Positions 58,524-64,000 of a stretch of DNA of 64,000 bases are shown here, piece by piece. The first letter of the stretch is position 1. Every line of letters starts with the position of its first letter. The notes under the pieces were generated by a model that was not told the DNA's origin, did not search any database, and was given only the letters and a program-made list of their open reading frames with translations. The DNA comes from Chloroflexota bacterium (GTDB lineage: Bacteria > Chloroflexota > UBA11872 > VXOZ01), in the NCBI GenBank assembly GCA_963662335.2, contig CAXXVD010000001.1, forward strand, positions 678,669-742,668, read 5' to 3'. The translations under genes and the position numbers were made by a program.

Positions 58524-60400
58524 GAGTCGCGCTCCGGGATGGGAGAGCCGGCGTACCAACGCGCCTGCAGGCGGAACATGTGGGCGTACACGCCGTCTAG
58601 GGACAGCAAGGCTTCGTGGTCGCCTTCCTCGACGATGCGGCCTTGGGCGAGCACCACGATCCGGTCCGCCAGCCGCGCGGCGCCGAGACGGTGCGACACG
58701 AGGATGGCGGTGCGGCCGGCCGCCACCTGGGTGAATTGCCGGTAGAATGCAACCTCCGCCCGCGGGTCCAAAGCGGCCGTGGGCTCATCCAGGGCGACGA
58801 CCTGGGCATCCCGCAAATAGGCCCGCGCCAGCGCCAGCCGCTGCCACTGGCCCAACGAGAGTTCCACGCCCTCCTGCCACTCTTTGCCTAAGGGCGTCGC
58901 GTACCTTGCGGGGAGGTCGTCGACAAAATCTGCCGCGCCGCTCTGGCCAGCGGCGGTCGCAACGCGGGGATGGACCGGGTCTGAGGAGCGGCCGTCCTGG
59001 CCGAGCAGCGCTGAATCGCCGTAGGCGATGTTCTCGAACACCGTTGTGGGGTAGCGCGCGAAGTCCTGGAAGACCGCCGTCGCTTCCCGCCGCCACGTAT
59101 CGGGAGCCACGGTAGATAGGTCTATGCTGTCCACGGTGATCGTCCCTTGGGTGGGCCGGTAGAGTCCCAGCAGCAGACGCACGAGGGTCGTCTTGCCCGC
59201 GCCGTTTTCGCCCACCAGCGCGATGCGCTCGCCGGGCCTGATCCGCAGGTCGATGCCGGCGAGCGCCGGCCGTTCCGCCCCCGGATAGGTGAAGCTAACC
59301 GCGTGAAACCGGATGCCCGCGCGCAGCGGCCGCCGCAGCGTCTGCCCGCCGGCGGACGGCTCTGCGGTCTCTGATTCCAGCGCCATGAAGTCGCGCAGGT
59401 ACTCCGCGTACTGCACGTCCCCATGCAGTTGTTGCAGGGCGTTGGCGATGTTGTCGGCCAGGTCGCGGAAGCGGCTCAGGCCGTACAAGAGCGCCACCAA
59501 ACTGCCCAAACTGACGTTGCCGGCCAGCGCGAGCAGCAAGGCGCAGACGATGACCAGCGCAACCGCTTCCTGGGCGGCCACGCTGCCCAACCCCGGCAGG
59601 ACCATCCGGCGCTGGGCGGACACGATCTCCACGAGAAAGCGCCTGAAGGCTTTACGGCGGCGGCGGAGAAGATCTTCCGCGAGACCGGAAAGCCGGATTT
59701 CGGGAAGAGCTTCCCGGCTGCTGAGCAGGCGCGACCAGTACTGCTTCTCGCGCCGCCGGGGCGAGTTTTGATAGGAGACCTCCAGCAAGTGCTGCTCGGC
59801 GTAGGACTGCACGACGCCCCGCGCGGCCATCACCGCTACCAACGCCGCGCCGATAAGCCAGTGCGCGCGAAAGTAGAGCGCCATCAACCCGGCAGCGCCG
59901 ATTAGCGACGTAACCAGCCACGAGACGTTCTCGAGAAAGTAACTGAGATTGCTCCCGCCCTCTTTGCCGGCCACCTCCAGCTTCGTGTAGTACTCTTCCC
60001 GTTCGAACGTGCTCAACGGCAGGGAAACCGCCTTTGCGCAGACCTGGTGCTGCACGGCGGCGCCAAGACGCAGTCCCGCAAGCTGCGCAAGGTAGTCGCC
60101 CAACGCGCCGTCCAGGCTGCGGACGACAAAGGCAACCAGCAGGACGGCGAGCCACGGCGCGATGGCGGGCCAGACGTCAGCCGGCGCGGGAAGCGCGCGG
60201 CGCAGCGCGTCGATGAGCCCGCTGATGGCGAAGACGATGAGCGGCGTGGTGGCCCCCGCGGCAAAGCTCTGCGCCGTGATGAGCGCGCCGGCCACGGGAA
60301 CTTCCTTGAAGAGTAGCCCCAGGATGAAGCCAATGCCGGTGGTTGTGGCCCGCAGGCTGGCGGCGGGCGCGCGCAGCCCAGCGGGCATTGCAAGACTCAC
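58520..60400 (-). CDS. ABC exporter, fused permease/ATPase (heterodimer partner)
   Basis: GENGAGKTT, LSLGQWQR, LDEPT, SHR. Confidence 0.92.
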   Translation of the reverse strand: MSLAMPAGLRAPAASLRATTTGIGFILGLLFKEVPVAGALITAQSFAAGATTPLIVFAISGLIDALRRALPAPADVWPAIAPWLAVLLVAFVVRSLDGALGDYLAQLAGLRLGAAVQHQVCAKAVSLPLSTFEREEYYTKLEVAGKEGGSNLSYFLENVSWLVTSLIGAAGLMALYFRAHWLIGAALVAVMAARGVVQSYAEQHLLEVSYQNSPRRREKQYWSRLLSSREALPEIRLSGLAEDLLRRRRKAFRRFLVEIVSAQRRMVLPGLGSVAAQEAVALVIVCALLLALAGNVSLGSLVALLYGLSRFRDLADNIANALQQLHGDVQYAEYLRDFMALESETAEPSAGGQTLRRPLRAGIRFHAVSFTYPGAERPALAGIDLRIRPGERIALVGENGAGKTTLVRLLLGLYRPTQGTITVDSIDLSTVAPDTWRREATAVFQDFARYPTTVFENIAYGDSALLGQDGRSSDPVHPRVATAAGQSGAADFVDDLPARYATPLGKEWQEGVELSLGQWQRLALARAYLRDAQVVALDEPTAALDPRAEVAFYRQFTQVAAGRTAILVSHRLGAARLADRIVVLAQGRIVEEGDHEALLSLDGVYAHMFRLQARWYAGSPIPERDS

Positions 60401-60449
60401 TATCGCTTCAATTCCGTTCGGACGTGGTGTACGTCAGATAGACCCGGGC

Positions 60450-60748
60450 GAGACCTTTCCGCAAACTCCTTCCCCATCGAGGGCTGACAGGGGCAGGTAA
60501 GTGTCATTCCGAGCGCAGCGAGGAATCTAGAGATGCTGGTACTGCAGGGCTGTGCATTAGATTCCTCACTCCGCTGCGCTCCGTTCGGAATGACAGTTGA
60601 AGTCGATTGTAAAATACCTACCCCTGTCAGCCCCTCGAGGGGCAAGGTTGGGATGGAGGTGAGAGGTGTTGACTCAATACCACTTCAGCCGCAATCGCGC
60701 CTCTGGACTCCGGTTTTCGCCGGAAAGACGGATTTGTCCAAAGGTCTC
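60450..60748. mobile_element. Outer MITE with GAGACCTTT terminal inverted repeats containing an inner MITE (60481-60634) and REPs
   Basis: GAGACCTTT (60450-60458) / AAAGGTCTC (60740-60748), flanked by CGGGC on both sides. Confidence 0.75.
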
Positions 60749-60945
60749 CGGGCGAGTCTAGCCAGAGTCACACAAGGACTTTCTGAGGGAGTTTGCCGGT
60801 GAGCCCGCCGCCCTGTAGAAGAACGGAGAGCGCACGCGCCGAGCGGCCCGCGCCGCGGCATAGCGGCGCGCCGCCAACTGGGCGCAACGAGAGAAGGCCG
60901 AGCGGGAAGCGTACCGCAATGGGATAGCGGCCGGCAAAGGGGGTC

Positions 60946-62448
60946 TTACTTGGGAACGATCACGTTGATGGCTACCTTGTGGGAAACCGTACCGTGCACT
61001 CGTTCCACGGTCTCGAGCGTGAAAGCGCGGGTCTCGCCGGGGAGGAGGTTGCGCAGCAGGCCGGTGGCCATGCCCAGCACGCCGCCCGCGGCGTCCAGAA
61101 ACGCGCCGCCCAGGTCCAGGCTGTAGGGGCGCGCGCCGTGATTGGTCACCGTGCCGCGCAGCACGTGGCGGTTGCCTTCCTGCGCGTACCGCGCGGCGCT
61201 AAATCTGATGGCGTGCGCGTCATTGCCGCCGCCCGCCAGCGTGCCGGTGAAGCGCAGTTCCAGGGCCGCGGGCGCGGCAAACGGATCGTTGGAAAGCAGG
61301 CGCACCGCGCGCACGCCGCCCGGCGGCAGCGCGGCCAGGCTGCCGCTGGCGCGGCCGATTTCCGCGCCGCCCGCGGCCAGCACCAGCGCCTCGATGGCCG
61401 TGGTCAGCCCCTCACCGGCATCGTTGCGCAGGCGCACGTAGACGCGAAAGTTGCCGTGGGGCGACGTGATGACGGTAGGCGGCCCGACGATAGCCAACCG
61501 GTCGGCCAGCCCGCCGGTGGAAATGCGCTCGAACGGCAAGGCAGCCGGCGCGCCGGACGGCGCCGGCGTTGGGGCCGTCGGCTGCGCGCCGGCGGGAGGC
61601 AGCGTGGCCTGAGGCGGGTTCACCGCGCTCAAGATAGCGTCGGCAACGTCCAGCGGGGTAGCGGCCGCTTGCGGTACCAGGCCGGCCTCTTTGGCAACGT
61701 CGCCGCCCAGCACCACCGTCACATCGCCCACGTTCGCCCAGGGCATTGTGACCTTCCAGTACTGCAACGCGACCCGCTGGGCGCGCATGACCACCATCGG
61801 CCCGAAGTCCCGCACCGCCAGCGGCAAGCCGCCGTGTTGCAGCCAGTTGGGATCGCTGAGGAACCGCGCTTTCAAGGCGGCGCGCGCCGCTCTGAGCGCC
61901 GGCGTATCGCCGGCTTGCGGCTCGAAGACGCGGGTGAGGTGGTTGCGCACCGTGCCTTCCCAGTCATGGATGGGATCGTCGTCCGACCAATCGAAGCTCT
62001 GGGGAATCTGGCGATAGACCACCAGCCACTCGTCATAGCCGGCCGCGGAAAGCAGATCGAACGTGTTGGCAATGTTCACCCGGCGCGCGCCGGGGTCCCA
62101 CTGCAAGAGCGCCCGCTGCGTGGCCTGGTAGACGAAGCCGTCCAGAATGAAGCGCCCGGAAACCGGATAGCCCAGCGCCGGCACGCCGCCCAACAGCAGG
62201 AAACCGGTATAGAAGTTAACGCCGCCGTCGTTCGTGATGGCGTAGCCCCGGCCGGTGTCCGGGCCGGTCTGGGTATAGTACCAGCCTTCAGGCACGGGAT
62301 AGTCGGCCAGATTGGGTTCGTGGTCGTGACCGTCGGGACCGCCGTGCGCCTGCGCCGGCAAGGCGGCGGCGAGCCACACGAGGATGACGAGCGTCAGGCT
62401 GCTTAGGAAGCGTATGTGCCGGGTGCGCATCACGGTGATTTGGTACAT
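60946..62448 (-). CDS. Secreted protein with a Pro-rich linker and C-terminal FxLYD-like Ig domains
   Basis: Signal peptide AQA; GGVPALGYPVS.RF domain; G.V.N...G.FLDAAG.VLG...PGETRAF. Confidence 0.7.
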   Translation of the reverse strand: MYQITVMRTRHIRFLSSLTLVILVWLAAALPAQAHGGPDGHDHEPNLADYPVPEGWYYTQTGPDTGRGYAITNDGGVNFYTGFLLLGGVPALGYPVSGRFILDGFVYQATQRALLQWDPGARRVNIANTFDLLSAAGYDEWLVVYRQIPQSFDWSDDDPIHDWEGTVRNHLTRVFEPQAGDTPALRAARAALKARFLSDPNWLQHGGLPLAVRDFGPMVVMRAQRVALQYWKVTMPWANVGDVTVVLGGDVAKEAGLVPQAAATPLDVADAILSAVNPPQATLPPAGAQPTAPTPAPSGAPAALPFERISTGGLADRLAIVGPPTVITSPHGNFRVYVRLRNDAGEGLTTAIEALVLAAGGAEIGRASGSLAALPPGGVRAVRLLSNDPFAAPAALELRFTGTLAGGGNDAHAIRFSAARYAQEGNRHVLRGTVTNHGARPYSLDLGGAFLDAAGGVLGMATGLLRNLLPGETRAFTLETVERVHGTVSHKVAINVIVPK

Positions 62449-62585
62449 TTGAGTATAGGGTAGTGCGCTCTAGTATAGCAAAGACCCGTGCGCGGCGGCA
62501 ATGGAGTGTGCTACGCTCAGTGCTTGGAGAGCCGGGGCGCAAGCGCGTGGGTCGCCTGAGGAGCACGCTCATCACGGGAGGATAC

Positions 62586-63303
62586 ATGAGTCGCGTACCG
62601 CGAGCGTGGCTGAAGCCGCTCGACGACGACTACAAGGCAAAGCCGCTGCCGGAACGCAAGCGGCGGCCCTGGCGCGAGACCGCCGTGGGCCGCGCCGTGA
62701 TGATTCCTATTCGCCGCCTGGACCCCTACGTGCGCTGGGAAGAACTCGTGGAGCGCATGGTGCACGGCGTGATGCTGAACACCGACGTCTTCAAGGACGT
62801 GCACGAGGATGAATCGGCAAACGCCCAGGCGCTGGCGGTGGTGCTGATCGTGGCCGTCGCGCAGAACATCAGCCTCTTCCTGATCGGCCTCTTCTGGTTT
62901 GGCTTCTTTGGCTCCGTGGGCTACGTCGCCCGCGCCATGAGCGACGCCCTGGTATCCTGGGTGATCTGGCTGGTGGTGGCCTACGTGCTCTGCAAGGTGG
63001 CTCTTCCGCAGCCGCGCCGGCTTCATGCAACTCTTTCGCACCCTGGCCTTTGCCTACGCGCCGGCGATCTTCCTGTTCTTCCAGGTAATTCCGCTCTACG
63101 GCGTCACGCTGGCGGCCCTCACCTACCTGGCCTTGATCGAGTACGGCGTGTTGGCGCTGCGCCCGGCGCTGAACGGCTCCATCGCCAAGGCGCTGCTGGC
63201 CAGTTTCGTGGGTTGGACCGGCCTGCTGGTGGTAAGCCTAATCCTGAGCGAGAGCCAACTCTTCGTGCTGATCCAGGAGTGGCTGGCGGAGCAACTGGCG
63301 TGA
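62586..63303 (+). pseudogene. Yip1-like membrane protein split by a +1 frameshift near 63000
   Basis: Removing one G in AAGGTGGCTC joins ...VAYVLCK to (V/W)LFRSRAGFMQLFRTLAFAYAP, matching the Yip1 paralogs. Confidence 0.7.
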
Positions 63304-63342
63304 AGGCGGGCTATGGGACGGAGGAATGAACAGCCGTACTTC

Positions 63343-63555
63343 CGTCATTCCGGCGCAGGCCGGAATCCAGGGTATGCGCGTGCAAGATGGGCTCCGGCTT
63401 GCGCCGAGATCACCATGGCCGTACACCGGCCGCACCAGGCAATGGGCCATACTAGGCAATGAAAACGCGGGAGGGCCGCCTGACCGTCATTCCCGCGCAC
63501 GCGGGAATCCACTGCGCGTGAGACGAAGATGGATTCCCGCTTTCGCGGGAATGAC
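63343..63555. repeat. CGTC-class REPs (GTCATTCCSGCG..GCSGGAATCC), including an inverted doublet at 63486-63555
   Basis: Read directly. Confidence 0.8.
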
Positions 63556-63649
63556 GCACGTAGCCGCGCTACTTTCATGGTAGTGATGATCAAGAAGCCC
63601 GCCGCCATCGCTATGGGAGGACTCCATATCGCTATGAAAGGACTCCGCG

Positions 63650-64000
63650 ATGAGCCCTGAAGATAGCGAGACCCACGTAAAGCTCGTGGCCTGGTTGCAC
63701 ATTGGCCTGAGCATCCTGGGCCTCTGCGTCGCGGCGCTGGTCTTTCTGGTCTTCGTGGTCATCGGGTTGCTCTTCGCCGTCGGGGATGAACCTGCGGCCA
63801 TGGGCATCGTGGCGGTGGTTGGCACGTTCGCCGGCGTGTTTCTCTTGCTCTTGTCGGCGCCGGGGCTGGTGGGCGGCATCGGCCTGCTGAAACGCCAGGA
63901 TTGGGCGCGCCTGCTGGTGCTCATCCTCAGCGTGCTCCATCTCTTCAACGTGCCCATAGGCACCGCCGTGGGCGTCTACTCGCTCTGGGCGCTCACACGG
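63650..64000 (+). CDS. Hypothetical membrane protein, 3'-truncated by the window edge
   Basis: MSPEDSETHVKLVAWLHI...GIGLLKRQDWAR...PIGTAVGVYSLW; AAGGA RBS. Confidence 0.75.
   Translation, partial: MSPEDSETHVKLVAWLHIGLSILGLCVAALVFLVFVVIGLLFAVGDEPAAMGIVAVVGTFAGVFLLLLSAPGLVGGIGLLKRQDWARLLVLILSVLHLFNVPIGTAVGVYSLWALTR

Noticed and set aside
63607-63646. Direct repeat ATCGCTATGRRAGGACTCC twice before the last gene
   Set aside because: Only two copies; most simply a local duplication of the RBS region with no further support

Overview
GC-rich bacterial chromosomal segment. The gene repertoire suggests a Chloroflexota-like organism, possibly host- or sponge-associated; this is an inference only. 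Housekeeping genes (3' part of tyrS, lysA, proB, plsY, ggt, fabI, thiI) are interleaved with catabolic enzymes, lower-GC cargo genes and very abundant REP-like palindromes and MITEs. No rRNA, tRNA, CRISPR array, integrase or transposase was seen. The top finding is two tandem membrane-anchored thioredoxin-fold genes (44987-45472, 45732-46217) that the ORF track splits. Each has an in-frame TGA at the first-Cys position of the CxxC site, giving a UxxS motif, followed by a same-position SECIS-like hairpin with a compensatory base-pair change, so they are likely unannotated selenoproteins. Other highlights: (i) a putative sterol/lipid-modifying locus with a GPP34-cytochrome P450 fusion lacking the I-helix Thr, a Neverland/KshA-like Rieske oxygenase, an FAD oxidoreductase and two inverted MMPL transporters; (ii) two NCS2 permeases fused to a degenerate RsbW-like HATPase domain near a four-Cache-domain lipoprotein; (iii) cargo genes flanked by duplicated gene ends; (iv) a nested MITE-in-REP-in-MITE structure at 60445-60753. 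All family assignments come from motif recognition by eye; no database searches were run.
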